Source of the DNA: a virus
Length of the DNA: 64,000 nt
Virus record (IMG/VR): IMGVR_UViG_3300020220_000041
Strand: one strand, 5' to 3'
In this document: positions 15,583 to 25,025 of the stretch, one piece after another
Position numbering within the stretch: the first letter of the stretch is position 1
Layout: each line of letters starts with the position of its first letter
Made by a program: the position numbers and the translations under genes
The notes under the pieces: generated by a model
The model's database searches: none
What the model was told of the DNA's origin: nothing
What the model saw: only the letters and a program-made list of their open reading frames with translations

Positions 15583-16008
15583 TTAATCTCCACCACCTCC
15601 GCCCCCGCCACCATCACAACCGCCGCCCGAGTCGCTGCTGCCCGAGTCGTAGCCGCCTCCGCAGTCCGAGGAGTGGGAGGAGTCCGAGGAGTGTCCGTGG
15701 GAGGAGCCCCAGTCCGAGGAGTGGATGTGGCGAGCCGGAGGGTCGTCGTAGAACGGGATGGCCGGCACGTACACGGGGGTGTCGTCCGTTGGGTTCGGTG
15801 TGCTGGGCGACGGCTTCCGGTCCCGAGTCTGTGCGGGTTGGGGCCGGTGGAGCGACGGCTTTTCCGGTCGATGCGGAGGAGGTGGGGGGAAGGCCCTGTA
15901 GATGTCCTCGTCCTCGATCGCGACATCTCTCCGGGAACGCCAGAGCATCACGCAGGCTCCGAGAACGAACCCGAGGGACAGCACGCCTAAGATGATGAGG
16001 ATCTCCAC
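15583..16008 (-). CDS. Membrane protein with Pro-rich and Ser/Gly-rich tail
   Basis: N-terminal TM helix MEILIILGVLSLGFVLGACVMLW, then PPPPPHRP, then a poly-Gly/Ser C-terminus. Confidence 0.45.
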   Translation of the reverse strand: MEILIILGVLSLGFVLGACVMLWRSRRDVAIEDEDIYRAFPPPPPHRPEKPSLHRPQPAQTRDRKPSPSTPNPTDDTPVYVPAIPFYDDPPARHIHSSDWGSSHGHSSDSSHSSDCGGGYDSGSSDSGGGCDGGGGGGGGD

Positions 16009-16034
16009 GGGTTCTCCTTACGGGGCCTGTTGCG

Positions 16035-16361
16035 TCAGTGGTACATACCGACCAACATGAGTTCGAGCTTCCGCCCCCGTTCTGTCGGGTAGGGGACGAC
16101 TTCACCCCCATCCTTCTCGATGGACTTCCAGCCTTCGGTGCCCATCCGTAGGGCGGCACAGACGAGCGGCGGCCACTTGAACTGCTCGGGTCGGAGGACG
16201 GCGAAGAGAACCATCTCGTCGGGGGCCTCGTCGTCGTGGTAGTGCTTGCCCTTCTCGAAGACGACGCGGACGACTTCGCGGACGCCATTGCGGTTGGTGA
16301 TCGTCCACCATCGGGGCGACCCGGCGAGGGGCATCTCGACTTTGTTCTCTCGAATGGCCAT
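16035..16361 (-). CDS. Hypothetical protein
   Basis: The real part begins MAIRENKVEMPLAGSPRWW. Its ATG overlaps the upstream stop as ATGA. Confidence 0.5.
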   Translation of the reverse strand: MAIRENKVEMPLAGSPRWWTITNRNGVREVVRVVFEKGKHYHDDEAPDEMVLFAVLRPEQFKWPPLVCAALRMGTEGWKSIEKDGGEVVPYPTERGRKLELMLVGMYH

Positions 16362-16681
16362 CACGCCCCCAGCATGGGTTGGACGGTGAAAAACACATGG
16401 TTCTGGGAGGTCCGCAGCCATTCCCGCATGTCCGTGTCGCTGGGGGCCTGGCTGAAGCTGTTGGCGCTGTTGCGGCTGAAGCAGTACTCCTTCGGGGTCT
16501 GGAGCCCTTGCTGGGCGACCACACAGGTGCGACCCCGGGTCGCCTCCTCGTCCACCCATCGGGCGGCGTCCCTCAGATCCATGAACACGGCGACGATGCT
16601 CCCCCCGTGCATCACGACGAACTCGTGCGGCATCGGCTGCACCAGGGAGCCGTCTCGGACGGTCGCGTTCCAGTACACCAC
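16361..16681 (-). CDS. Hypothetical protein
   Basis: GTG start 1 nt after the upstream TGA. The sequence ...VYWNATVRDGSLVQPMPHEFVVMHGG... is protein-like. Confidence 0.4.
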   Translation of the reverse strand: MVYWNATVRDGSLVQPMPHEFVVMHGGSIVAVFMDLRDAARWVDEEATRGRTCVVAQQGLQTPKEYCFSRNSANSFSQAPSDTDMREWLRTSQNHVFFTVQPMLGA

Positions 16682-16682
16682 C

Positions 16683-16910
16683 TCAATCCCCGGAGGAATG
16701 ATGTGGTACTCGTAGAGGGGGGTAGCTGAGGGCCTCTTTCCCGAAGTGCGAGGCGTTGTACGCCTGGACCCGCAAGAGGTCGTGCTCCTTCTCCATCTGC
16801 TCGAAGCGAGCCGCGTCCGCACCTTCGGCAAAGACGGCTCGGGCCCTCCAATGACGGAGAGCCACGGAGCGGCAGAGGAACAGGTGGCGGGTCGAAAGGT
16901 CCAGGAGCAT
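16683..16910 (-). CDS. Hypothetical protein
   Basis: MLLDLSTRHLFLCRSVALRHW..., with a GGTAGAGG RBS and a GCGTACAAAGGGG -10-like element. Confidence 0.4.
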   Translation of the reverse strand: MLLDLSTRHLFLCRSVALRHWRARAVFAEGADAARFEQMEKEHDLLRVQAYNASHFGKEALSYPPLRVPHHSSGD

Positions 16911-16983
16911 GTCAACCTCTACCCCTTTGTACGCGGCTGAAAGCGGATGGGGGAGTGAGGATGTCCCCCACTCCCCCAAGTCT

Positions 16984-17628
16984 TTACGGAACCTCGATGA
17001 AACGCAGGGTTTCCGCGTTGTTGTAGAAGCGGATGCCCATCTCCTCGACATCGCGACCGCTCTGCTCGTGGATGTGTCCGAACAGGTGCGCCACGATGCG
17101 GTGGGGGCGGTAGGAGAGCGCCCGGGTCAGCGGGCGGTTCCCGCAGCCGTGACCCCCACCGTTGTCGTCGTCGAGGATGCCCGCCGCCGGAGCGTGGGTC
17201 ACGAGGATGGTGGGGTCCGCCTCGAACACCCGATCGACCATCGGGCTGAGGTCGTGCTCCTCACCGTTCCACTCACCCGCAATCCAGGGGATCTCCCGCA
17301 TTCCGGCGATACGGTGACCGTCGATCTCGACCGCTTCCACGGTCGCGTCGAAAGCCGCCTCATAGCCGTTCTCCCGGAGAAGCTCGGCGAGGTTCACGTA
17401 GTCGTGGTTGCCGCCCACCCACACCACCGGCTTGCCGCCGAAGCGCGCGATGAGGCTGCCCACAACCTGCTTGAACCAGGCCGCCTGGAAGGCGGGCTCG
17501 ATCTCGCGGTCACCACGAGTCGCATTGGGGAAGAAGTCCCCGCTGCACACCCACACATCGGGAAGCTCGCTCGAGCCGAGGAGCTTGCTGACGTTGCCGT
17601 GAAGGTCGCTGAAGTGCCCGATACGCAT
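16984..17628 (-). CDS. Calcineurin-like metallophosphoesterase
   Basis: MRIGHFSDLHG, GDFF, VGGNHDY and FGHIH motifs. ATG at 17628 with a GGAGAGG RBS. Confidence 0.7.
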   Translation of the reverse strand: MRIGHFSDLHGNVSKLLGSSELPDVWVCSGDFFPNATRGDREIEPAFQAAWFKQVVGSLIARFGGKPVVWVGGNHDYVNLAELLRENGYEAAFDATVEAVEIDGHRIAGMREIPWIAGEWNGEEHDLSPMVDRVFEADPTILVTHAPAAGILDDDNGGGHGCGNRPLTRALSYRPHRIVAHLFGHIHEQSGRDVEEMGIRFYNNAETLRFIEVP

Positions 17629-17644
17629 GGTGTCCTCTCCGAAC

Positions 17645-17681
17645 ACCTATACTACGCAGCACCCCCGACGACCTGAACCTT
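17645..17681 (-). promoter_or_regulatory. Conserved promoter-like motif: AGGTTCAGG-N14-GCGTAGTATAGG
   Basis: Full copy, 17 nt upstream of the metallophosphatase start. Confidence 0.5.
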
Positions 17682-17682
17682 C

Positions 17683-18498
17683 CTAGAAGTCGTCGTCGGA
17701 GGTCTCGTCCTCGGGCTCCTCGCGGCCGTAGAAGTCGGAGAACTTCGCGGCACCCCCGGCCCGAAGGCCGAAGATGTCGAGGTCGAACACGGCCTGGTAG
17801 CGGTTGGTGCTCGGATACCGGCCTCCGATCTCCTCGCACTTCGCCACCATCCGGCGGTAGTCCTCCACCGTCGGCATCCAGACGAACTGGATGCACTGGT
17901 CGCGACCCGGCTCCGCGTTGTAGCTCGGAATCCGGTTGACCTCGCCCGGCTTCTGCCACCGGTCCTCGGCCTCGAGCCGGATGTCGTCCCGCTTCCGCAG
18001 GATCTCGAGCGCCTTGTCCAGACGGTAGACGGTGTTGTCGAACCGGCCGTCGATGTAGGAGAACCGCATCGCCACGGGGAGCGGGCGCTTGTCCACGTCG
18101 AACAACTGGTGGCTCGAGCCCTGGAAGAACACGATGTCCTGGGCGGTCGCCGACCCCTCCATGAACCGGGTGTAGGGGGTCTTGGAGAGGATCTCGCACT
18201 CCTTGTAGAACTGGTCCGAGCCCCAGCCATACTCACGAGCCAGGGTGAGGAACGCGGGGGTGGCCAGAAGGGCTCCCCACTCCTTCGTGTACGAGGGCAT
18301 GTCCGCAGCCCCCTTCTGGTAAGCCAGGAGTGCCGCCTTCGAGGTGATGCCCTCGGTGACGGTGACGTGCGGCTTCCGACGACCGGACTTCGTGCTCATG
18401 GTGACGCGAAAGACGATCACGTCCTCGTAAACCGCGAGGTACTCGACCACCTTCTCGGTGGTCACGACGGTCTTGGAAGTCATGGTCTGCGGGGTCAT
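17683..18498 (-). CDS. Hypothetical protein
   Basis: 271-aa protein-like ORF with an acidic C-terminus. It is preceded by an AGGTTCAGG -35-like element plus a variant -10 at 18510-18549. Confidence 0.55.
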   Translation of the reverse strand: MTPQTMTSKTVVTTEKVVEYLAVYEDVIVFRVTMSTKSGRRKPHVTVTEGITSKAALLAYQKGAADMPSYTKEWGALLATPAFLTLAREYGWGSDQFYKECEILSKTPYTRFMEGSATAQDIVFFQGSSHQLFDVDKRPLPVAMRFSYIDGRFDNTVYRLDKALEILRKRDDIRLEAEDRWQKPGEVNRIPSYNAEPGRDQCIQFVWMPTVEDYRRMVAKCEEIGGRYPSTNRYQAVFDLDIFGLRAGGAAKFSDFYGREEPEDETSDDDF

Positions 18499-18509
18499 GT
18501 TGTCTCCCT

Positions 18510-18549
18510 ACATCCCTTGTTGCGCCCGGCGATCCGAAACCTGAACCTT
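18510..18549 (-). promoter_or_regulatory. Variant promoter-like motif: AGGTTCAGG-N14-GCGCAACAAGGGATG
   Basis: The -35-like half is identical. The -10 half is the GCGCAACAAGG variant. Confidence 0.4.
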
Positions 18550-18588
18550 GCGGTGACGGTTCTATAGCTGGGACGGATTGGAGGAGGG

Positions 18589-19596
18589 TTGATGCCCTCA
18601 CACGGCATTTGTCTCCGGCTCACGCACACAGGCGTTGTTCCGTCCAACCTGTTCGTGGCCGATGTCCACGACGGCGTGGACGTAAACGGGCGTCGTGCGA
18701 ACGCGAAGCCTGGCCCCCTCTACGTCCCCTTCGGTACCAGCATCGACCTCGTATACACCACACAGGTGGCTCAGTCGTTCGAGACAGGGAACATCCGAGT
18801 CTGGGTGGACATGGGCTACCTGACGGCGGAGTTCTTCTTTGGCACCGAGTTCACGGCTGAAGTAGCAGCCGAATCGGCCATAGAGGTGCAAGACGAGAGC
18901 ATCACCGTCGAAGACATTGCCCACACTTTGAACTTCGTTGGGACGGGGGTAGATGCCACTTCACCATCAGCGGGGGTGGTCGAAGTAGCCATCCCTGGTC
19001 TGTTGGTTCAAGACGATGGTGCAGATGTTGAGGAGCCCACCACTACGCTGAACTTTCTGGGGCCACTCCATGCGACATCGCCCTCGGCGGGTGTAGTCAA
19101 TGTCTCCGTCGCAGGAGTAGGTGGGGCCGTCGTTGTCGAGCAGGACAACGCTGTGGTGCAGGCGACCACGACGGTTCTCAACTTCATCGGTCCGGGACTC
19201 GAAGCCACGGATGCGGGCGGGGGTCAGGTTGATGTAGTAGCAACGGGCACCCTCGGGACGCTGACGTTCGAACTTGGACCTATCCAAGACATCGACGCGG
19301 TGACGGACCAGTTCCTCCCAACGACGACGGCTCATCGGTTCACCGTCACTGGCGGGAACTACACGCTCACCTCGACCCCGACCATCAACTGGCCCGGTGC
19401 GGTGGCTGGTCAGATCGTCGTGTTGATGAACGTCAATCCCAGTGGCTCGAATCACGTCATCTTGAATCGGGGTGTCGCCGAAGGGCTTCGGTTGAGCAAC
19501 GCCAGCAGGAAGCTCGACCCTGGCGGCTCGATGACGCTCATGTACATCGGCTCGGTGTGGGTGGAACTCACCCACACCGAAAGCACAACGACCTAG
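18589..19596 (+). CDS. Repeat-containing fibre-like structural protein
   Basis: Three ~40-aa repeats: TLNFVGTGVDATSPSAGVVEVAIPG, TLNFLGPLHATSPSAGVVNVSVAG and VLNFIGPGLEATDAGGGQVDVVATG. Confidence 0.5.
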   Translation: MMPSHGICLRLTHTGVVPSNLFVADVHDGVDVNGRRANAKPGPLYVPFGTSIDLVYTTQVAQSFETGNIRVWVDMGYLTAEFFFGTEFTAEVAAESAIEVQDESITVEDIAHTLNFVGTGVDATSPSAGVVEVAIPGLLVQDDGADVEEPTTTLNFLGPLHATSPSAGVVNVSVAGVGGAVVVEQDNAVVQATTTVLNFIGPGLEATDAGGGQVDVVATGTLGTLTFELGPIQDIDAVTDQFLPTTTAHRFTVTGGNYTLTSTPTINWPGAVAGQIVVLMNVNPSGSNHVILNRGVAEGLRLSNASRKLDPGGSMTLMYIGSVWVELTHTESTTT

Positions 19597-19599
19597 CGC

Positions 19600-20178
19600 C
19601 TATTCGTCTACGATGTTCGCCCAGGCGGCTTCCCAGCGAGCCTTGGCTTCAGCCGCTTCCTTCTCGTCCTTGGGGCACTGCATCTCGTAGCCCCCGTGGT
19701 GAACGAGGGGCTGCTTGCACTCCTGACAGGGGACATCGCGGTACTCGCGTGCCCACAGGTGCTCGACCCCGGAGAAGTCGGAGTTGGCTTCGACCCACCG
19801 CCGCTCCTCCACAGAGAGTGCGCGGGCCTCCATCACCTCGAACTCGCAGTCCTCTCCGCTCCCGATCATCCGTCCGTGGAGGACGTAGAGGCCGTCAGGC
19901 TCCTTTTCCATGGCGTAGGCGAGGGTCTGGAGAGCCGCACCCGAGTCTCCGCTCACCTCCCAGTCCCAACTGGCTCCCATGGAGGCGAGGACTTCGACGT
20001 GGCCGCTTCGTCCGCCCGACAGGCTCCCTTTCTCCGGAGGAGGGCCGCCCATGTAGACGATGAGGATGCGGGACCACACCTTTCCTACGTCATGGGAAGG
20101 CTCGTAGTGCCCGCTCTTGTACAGTTCGAGGCTGACGATGTTGCTGGGCGCGTCGAGGTCGAGGCGGTCGTTGGACAT
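19600..20178 (-). CDS. Hypothetical protein with C-terminal Zn-binding motif
   Basis: The real part begins MSNDRLDLDAPSNIV (ATG at 20178). It has PCQECK...CPKDE. The track ORF's N-terminal extension is R/H/G-rich read-through. Confidence 0.5.
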   Translation of the reverse strand: MSNDRLDLDAPSNIVSLELYKSGHYEPSHDVGKVWSRILIVYMGGPPPEKGSLSGGRSGHVEVLASMGASWDWEVSGDSGAALQTLAYAMEKEPDGLYVLHGRMIGSGEDCEFEVMEARALSVEERRWVEANSDFSGVEHLWAREYRDVPCQECKQPLVHHGGYEMQCPKDEKEAAEAKARWEAAWANIVDE

Positions 20179-20180
20179 CG

Positions 20181-20906
20181 TTATGCCCCCCGAACGAAGC
20201 CGTAGGATTCGGAGATGTTCACGTCCACCTTGACCCCCTGCTCGGCGAGCGTGGTGTCCGGGGTCGTACCGTAGAAGGTGTTGTTCCCGGCCTTGACGCC
20301 GACGACCTTGTATCCGGCCTTGTAGCCGATGTAGAAGCCGTGATCGACGTTGGTGACGGGGACGCCGTTCGCGTCGGGCATCATCAACGTGGACGTGTGG
20401 AACGCCCGCATGGCGGTGAGGGCGTTGAACATGATGTCCCCGAGGGTGCGCCCGTAGGCCAACCGCGAGAGCCGGTTCGTGGACCGGGTGATCCGACGCA
20501 TCCGCTCCACGAGGGTGATGCCGGAGCCGTAGCCCTCCTCGGTGCAGTCGGACATGGAAGCGAGGAACAGCCACAGGGCTTCCCGACGCCACGCACCGGA
20601 GATGTCCTCGAACGGACCCTTGAAGTCGAGGGGGAGCCCCTGACCCTCGAGCAGGATGCCAGGACCGCGCCAATGTGCGGATTGAATCGCCTCCATTCCA
20701 GAGGCTTCGGTGAGATTGAGCGAAGCACAAATCTCTTTGAACTCATCCGGACAGATGAGGGCGAGGAGAAGTGGATCGGGTCCTTGCACCAAGACCCGGT
20801 TCAGGACCGTGCAGTCTTGAACCGCTGCCGGATCCTCCGAGAAGGTGAGATCCATCAAGAATGGAAGAAGGGCACTGCGAACACGATCTTGGTCTTTATG
20901 TGCCAT
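20181..20906 (-). CDS. Hypothetical protein
   Basis: 241-aa ORF with protein-like composition. Confidence 0.5.
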   Translation of the reverse strand: MAHKDQDRVRSALLPFLMDLTFSEDPAAVQDCTVLNRVLVQGPDPLLLALICPDEFKEICASLNLTEASGMEAIQSAHWRGPGILLEGQGLPLDFKGPFEDISGAWRREALWLFLASMSDCTEEGYGSGITLVERMRRITRSTNRLSRLAYGRTLGDIMFNALTAMRAFHTSTLMMPDANGVPVTNVDHGFYIGYKAGYKVVGVKAGNNTFYGTTPDTTLAEQGVKVDVNISESYGFVRGA

Positions 20907-20948
20907 CGAGAAGCCTCACCGATAATCCATCTATAGTCTACTCGATGT

Positions 20949-21566
20949 ATGCGACAAGCACACACCCTTGCAGAGATTACGTCTGACTTGACCCTTCTGA
21001 ACCTCGGGGGCTGGAACGACCCCATTTTGGTGAGTTGTACTCGATGTGGGGAGACCTGCCCGAAGAAGAAGCACCACATTCGACAAGCAATCAAGGCGAA
21101 ACAAGTGGGGCTGTTCTGCTCGAAATGTCGTGTTGCTTCCTACCGTCGCGAGCAAACACTCGTGGAGCAAGACGGAGAGCAAGGTCGGGTTTGCATCAAG
21201 TGTGGTGTGTGGAAACCGCTCAGAAAGTTCTCTTCGGGTTCTATGTCTCGCACCTGCGCCTACTGTTGGGGTCAGCGTCCGAACATCCGGTTCCACGAGT
21301 ATGAACGCAGGGCCGCGTCAAGGGGGTACCCGTTCTCCCTCACCTTCGAGGAGTTCATGGGGTTCTGGGGGAAACCTTGTTCCTACTGTACAGGGCAAAT
21401 TTCTGGAATCGGCCTCGACCGCATCGACAACGAGAAAGGCTACGCCTTGGACAACGTGACACCCTGTTGTGAGACGTGTAACCGCATGAAACTCCAGATG
21501 GATCGGGCGGAGTTCATACAACATTGCCGTAAGATCGCATCGTCTCACCCCAATGTCGTGGCCTGA
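20949..21566 (+). CDS. HNH endonuclease (AP2-HNH type)
   Basis: GLDRIDNEKGYALDNVTPCCETCNRMK plus an N-terminal Zn-ribbon. Confidence 0.7.
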   Translation: MRQAHTLAEITSDLTLLNLGGWNDPILVSCTRCGETCPKKKHHIRQAIKAKQVGLFCSKCRVASYRREQTLVEQDGEQGRVCIKCGVWKPLRKFSSGSMSRTCAYCWGQRPNIRFHEYERRAASRGYPFSLTFEEFMGFWGKPCSYCTGQISGIGLDRIDNEKGYALDNVTPCCETCNRMKLQMDRAEFIQHCRKIASSHPNVVA

Positions 21567-22108
21567 ACCTGTCGGGCGACAAGAAGTTCCTCGAGCCACT
21601 CGCGGTGGGTCCCAAGCATCCGCACCGGGGCGTACTGGCCCTCGGTCGGGTCGGGGGCGATCTCTTCGCTGGGCCTCCGGGTGTCGGGCTCTGCCACGAG
21701 GAGCTTCGGGTACAGCGTTTCGTACCGGATGAGGAGGGGCACCACCTCGTGCCACCCGCTGATCTGGTAGGGGAGCCACCACTTGTAGCGAGGCCACAGG
21801 ATGCCCCGGTTGGCCTCCATCAAGTAGAAGCGACTCCCGATGAGGCGACCCGTCAGGGTGCCCCGGTCGAAGGGCACATCGACCTTCTGGTGGAGCACGT
21901 CCCGCAGCCCGTCGAGCAGGATGGCGATGGTCTTGGAGTCGCGGGGCATCCACGGCACCTTGTCCGCCCGCACGAGGGTTTCGGTCCTGGAGCCGGGGTT
22001 GTAGAACACGAGGTTGGTGGGGCACACCCGAGAGCGAGTGCGTTGGGCACCCACACAGATGTTGCCGTCCTTGTCGCGGGCTCCGATCACAGCCGGGAAG
22101 TCGAGCAT
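21545..22108 (-). CDS. Hypothetical protein
   Basis: 187-aa protein-like ORF. Confidence 0.5.
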   Translation of the reverse strand: MLDFPAVIGARDKDGNICVGAQRTRSRVCPTNLVFYNPGSRTETLVRADKVPWMPRDSKTIAILLDGLRDVLHQKVDVPFDRGTLTGRLIGSRFYLMEANRGILWPRYKWWLPYQISGWHEVVPLLIRYETLYPKLLVAEPDTRRPSEEIAPDPTEGQYAPVRMLGTHREWLEELLVARQVQATTLG

Positions 22109-22111
22109 GGG

Positions 22112-22342
22112 TCACGCGGCGGGGACGTGGAACAGGCGGCGACCATTGACGGAGATGAGCACCTGCAACCCCTGGGCGTTCACGAACTCGAACCAGCCCT
22201 CGCGGTGGAGCAACACGGGGGTCCAACCCTCGAGGTCGGAGTCCGGGTGGAACGCTTTGGCGGTCCAGAGCGCAGCCAGGGCGTAGGTGTTGACCCGCGT
22301 GCCCGCTGCGATGGGGATGGGAGAAAGTTGAGCGGTCATCAT
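22112..22342 (-). CDS. Hypothetical protein
   Basis: 76-aa ORF. Confidence 0.4.
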   Translation of the reverse strand: MMTAQLSPIPIAAGTRVNTYALAALWTAKAFHPDSDLEGWTPVLLHREGWFEFVNAQGLQVLISVNGRRLFHVPAA

Positions 22343-22394
22343 TGCGACCTCCTCACCTCCCTACGCACCTGGGCCTGAAAGCTGAACCCGCCAG

Positions 22395-22595
22395 CTACGG
22401 GCGGGCACGGACCTCGTCAGCACACCGGGTCCAAGCAGCCTCGGAGGGATCGTCGCCCGTGCATTCGAGGGTGGCGAGCAAGAACTCGTTGTGCGGGCGG
22501 ACCCACGCGAAGTACCAGATGCCGCAAGCGGCGAGGAAGAGGCCCACGATGGCGGCCATTCCACGGATTTCGTTACGCAGTTCGGAGGGGGACAT
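22395..22595 (-). CDS. Small membrane protein
   Basis: 66 aa with the hydrophobic segment AAIVGLFLAACGIWYFAWV. Confidence 0.4.
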   Translation of the reverse strand: MSPSELRNEIRGMAAIVGLFLAACGIWYFAWVRPHNEFLLATLECTGDDPSEAAWTRCADEVRARP

Positions 22596-22620
22596 GGGGA
22601 CTCCTGGGGATTCCTGGGGG

Positions 22621-22896
22621 TTACTTGGAGAAGTACCAGCCGTAGCTGTAGGTCTTGCCGTCTTCGGCGAAGGTCTTGGTCAGGTGGTACACCGTGACCG
22701 GCTCCTCGGACCAGGGAACTCGAACCTCGGCGGTCTTGCTGAAGGTCTGTTCCCCGATGACCGTGCGGACCGTCCCGGAAGCCTCGACCACGTTGCGAAG
22801 CACGCGGTCGTAGGACTTCTGGTGCCAGGGGTCAGCGCCCTGGCAACCACAGTTACAGGGCTCGATCCGCTTCGTGATGGTGGTCTTGGTGCTCAT
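22621..22896 (-). CDS. Hypothetical protein
   Basis: 91 aa. A full promoter-like motif ends 1 nt before its ATG. Confidence 0.5.
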   Translation of the reverse strand: MSTKTTITKRIEPCNCGCQGADPWHQKSYDRVLRNVVEASGTVRTVIGEQTFSKTAEVRVPWSEEPVTVYHLTKTFAEDGKTYSYGWYFSK

Positions 22897-22933
22897 GCCT
22901 CTACTACGCAGAGACGTGCCAGACCTGAACCTC
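22897..22933 (-). promoter_or_regulatory. Conserved promoter-like motif: AGGTTCAGG-N14-GCGTAGTAGAGGC
   Basis: The GAGG of the motif doubles as the RBS. The ATG follows directly. Confidence 0.5.
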
Positions 22934-22946
22934 TACTGCTCCGAAA

Positions 22947-23513
22947 TCAGATCATGCTGTTGAGGATTTCGTCGGCCTTCGCGATCTGCTCGGGGCTCAT
23001 GTAGGGCTTCATCTTGCTCGGGCCGCACTTGTAGGTGCGCCAGGGCTGCCCCTCGGGGCTCACGATGAACGACCGCTTGACCTGGGCGACGACCACGTAG
23101 TTCTTGCCGTAGATACGGCACTTGTCGCCCGGCTTGAAGCTCTTGGACTGCGTACCCTTGCGGGTCTCGGCCACCTCGCGAACCCGCTTCCGCCAGGCCA
23201 CCGCGTAGTCCTCGGTGGGCTCGGTGGTCATGTCGAGGAGTTCGACCGGGCAGTCGATCTCGACCGGCCCCATGAACTCGTCGATCTCTTTCACCGCGTA
23301 GCCGTAGTCCCCGCCCGTGCGGCTGCCCGAGATCAGGTAGAGGATTACGAACTTGAGCTTCGGCGTCTGAATCGCCACCCACAGGTGACGGCCGTAGGAA
23401 GTGCTGCGATGAGCCAACACCACCTGGCCTACGTCAGGGCGGTTGAGGTCGCGGAGAGTTTCCTCGCGCACCGTTGAAGGGGAAGTCCAGTTTGGGGAAG
23501 AAGTCCAGCCCAT
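22947..23513 (-). CDS. Hypothetical protein
   Basis: 188-aa protein-like ORF. Confidence 0.5.
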   Translation of the reverse strand: MGWTSSPNWTSPSTVREETLRDLNRPDVGQVVLAHRSTSYGRHLWVAIQTPKLKFVILYLISGSRTGGDYGYAVKEIDEFMGPVEIDCPVELLDMTTEPTEDYAVAWRKRVREVAETRKGTQSKSFKPGDKCRIYGKNYVVVAQVKRSFIVSPEGQPWRTYKCGPSKMKPYMSPEQIAKADEILNSMI

Positions 23514-23530
23514 CGTCGTAGTCTCCTTAC

Positions 23531-23567
23531 ACCATTACTACGCAGAGGCCCGGCCAAACTGAACCTC
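23531..23567 (-). promoter_or_regulatory. Conserved promoter-like motif: AGGTTCAGT-N14-GCGTAGTAATGG
   Basis: Full copy upstream of 22947-23513. Confidence 0.5.
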
Positions 23568-23626
23568 AATTCGTCGTTGGCGAGCCTATACACGGAGAGC
23601 GATGAGAACTCTCCGTGGAGATCCCT

Positions 23627-24958
23627 ATGTCTGACCGTCTCCTGCGTGCTGGTCTGATCCGGCTGGCCCATGCCCACCCCGAGTTTCGGGCCGACATTCT
23701 GCCGCTGGTGACGGCCACCTACGAGCAGGACGTGGCGCAAGACGCGGACCCGAACTCCAAGGATCAGTCGAAGGCCGACTACTGGAACGGCCTCGCCCCC
23801 CAGAAGCCTGCGATCGACGAGCCCGCCCTCCCTCCCAAGACGGCAGCGGGGGCCATTGGGCCAAGCCTCGCCAAGATGAAGAACGACACCAATTTGTCGT
23901 TCTCCGATGGTGCAAACACGGTGTTTGCCCATGTCTGGTTCGACACCGGGGTGGCGCAGTACGACCGGGGTGGGGTTGCGCCTGACAGCGGTGAGTGGGA
24001 CGTCATGGTCAGCACCAGTCCCGACCGGTTGAACCTCAACCCTCGCGGAAAGGAGTTGGGCCGTCAGACTTTCCGTTACGCAGAGGCGCGTTCCCGCCCC
24101 ATCGTTCTTGACGCCGCCGAGAAGTACATCGTCACGATGCTTGCGCGGCACCGCTCCAAGACGGCGAAGCTCATGTCCCGTCAGGAGACCCTTCTCCAGA
24201 AGTACATGGAGACGGCGGCTCGGAGCGGGGGACGGGCGGCCACGGGCTGGGACGAGTTGCCCGATTCCGTCCGCAAGGCCCTCCGTGCGGTGAAGGATCA
24301 GGAGACGTTGTGGATGGACGTGGACCGCTGGTTCATGGACAACGCTCCTCCAGGTGGACTCCGTTGGGCCTCGGGCGAGGGTCAGTCGGCGGACGACTAC
24401 TGGAATGGGCTCGAGCCGAAGAAGCCCGCCATCGACGAGCCTGCTCTCCCGCCGAAGCAGGCCGCGTCCAAGACGGCGTTTGAAATCAAGATTGAGTACA
24501 AGGTTCGAGGCGGCCCGTGGCAGACCAAGCAGTTCAGGAATGGCCGTGAGTTCGAGGCTTGGTCCGACAAGATGCAGAAGGTACCCGGCTTCGAGATCAA
24601 CCCCGATTCTGTCGATGGTCACTCCGAGGAGTATCTCCGCAGCCTCCTCGCCAAGAACCAGTCGAAGGCCGCCGCGTGGGAGAACCTCCCGCCGGGATGG
24701 ACGCAGGAGTCGGTTCAGAGCTTCTGGGACAGCCTCACGGGCGACGTGAAGCACAAGGTCACCAAGTGCATGAAGGAGATGGAGGGCAAGGTGGACAACA
24801 CCGGAGCCTTCTGTGGCTCCCTCGGTGCCGCCGTGGGCTACCGGGCGGCCTCGTCTGGGAAGAACGCCTCTCTGTTTCGGAAGGCGGCCATCCGGGTTGC
24901 TCACGAGAACCCCGAGCATCGGGCGGCCATCCTCCCCTCCCTCTCGAAGAAGGCTTGA
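23627..24958 (+). CDS. RLAHAHPE-motif protein with internal DYWNGL...PAIDEPALPPK repeats
   Basis: N-terminus MSDRLLRAGLIRLAHAHPEFRADILPLV and C-terminus AAIRVAHENPEHRAAILPSLSKKA. A ~35-aa internal repeat occurs twice. Confidence 0.55.
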   Translation: MSDRLLRAGLIRLAHAHPEFRADILPLVTATYEQDVAQDADPNSKDQSKADYWNGLAPQKPAIDEPALPPKTAAGAIGPSLAKMKNDTNLSFSDGANTVFAHVWFDTGVAQYDRGGVAPDSGEWDVMVSTSPDRLNLNPRGKELGRQTFRYAEARSRPIVLDAAEKYIVTMLARHRSKTAKLMSRQETLLQKYMETAARSGGRAATGWDELPDSVRKALRAVKDQETLWMDVDRWFMDNAPPGGLRWASGEGQSADDYWNGLEPKKPAIDEPALPPKQAASKTAFEIKIEYKVRGGPWQTKQFRNGREFEAWSDKMQKVPGFEINPDSVDGHSEEYLRSLLAKNQSKAAAWENLPPGWTQESVQSFWDSLTGDVKHKVTKCMKEMEGKVDNTGAFCGSLGAAVGYRAASSGKNASLFRKAAIRVAHENPEHRAAILPSLSKKA

Positions 24959-25025
24959 GGCCCATCCTCATCCCCGGTCGGGGACGAACGTGAACACCTT
25001 GTTGACCCTTTCAGGAGACCACCCC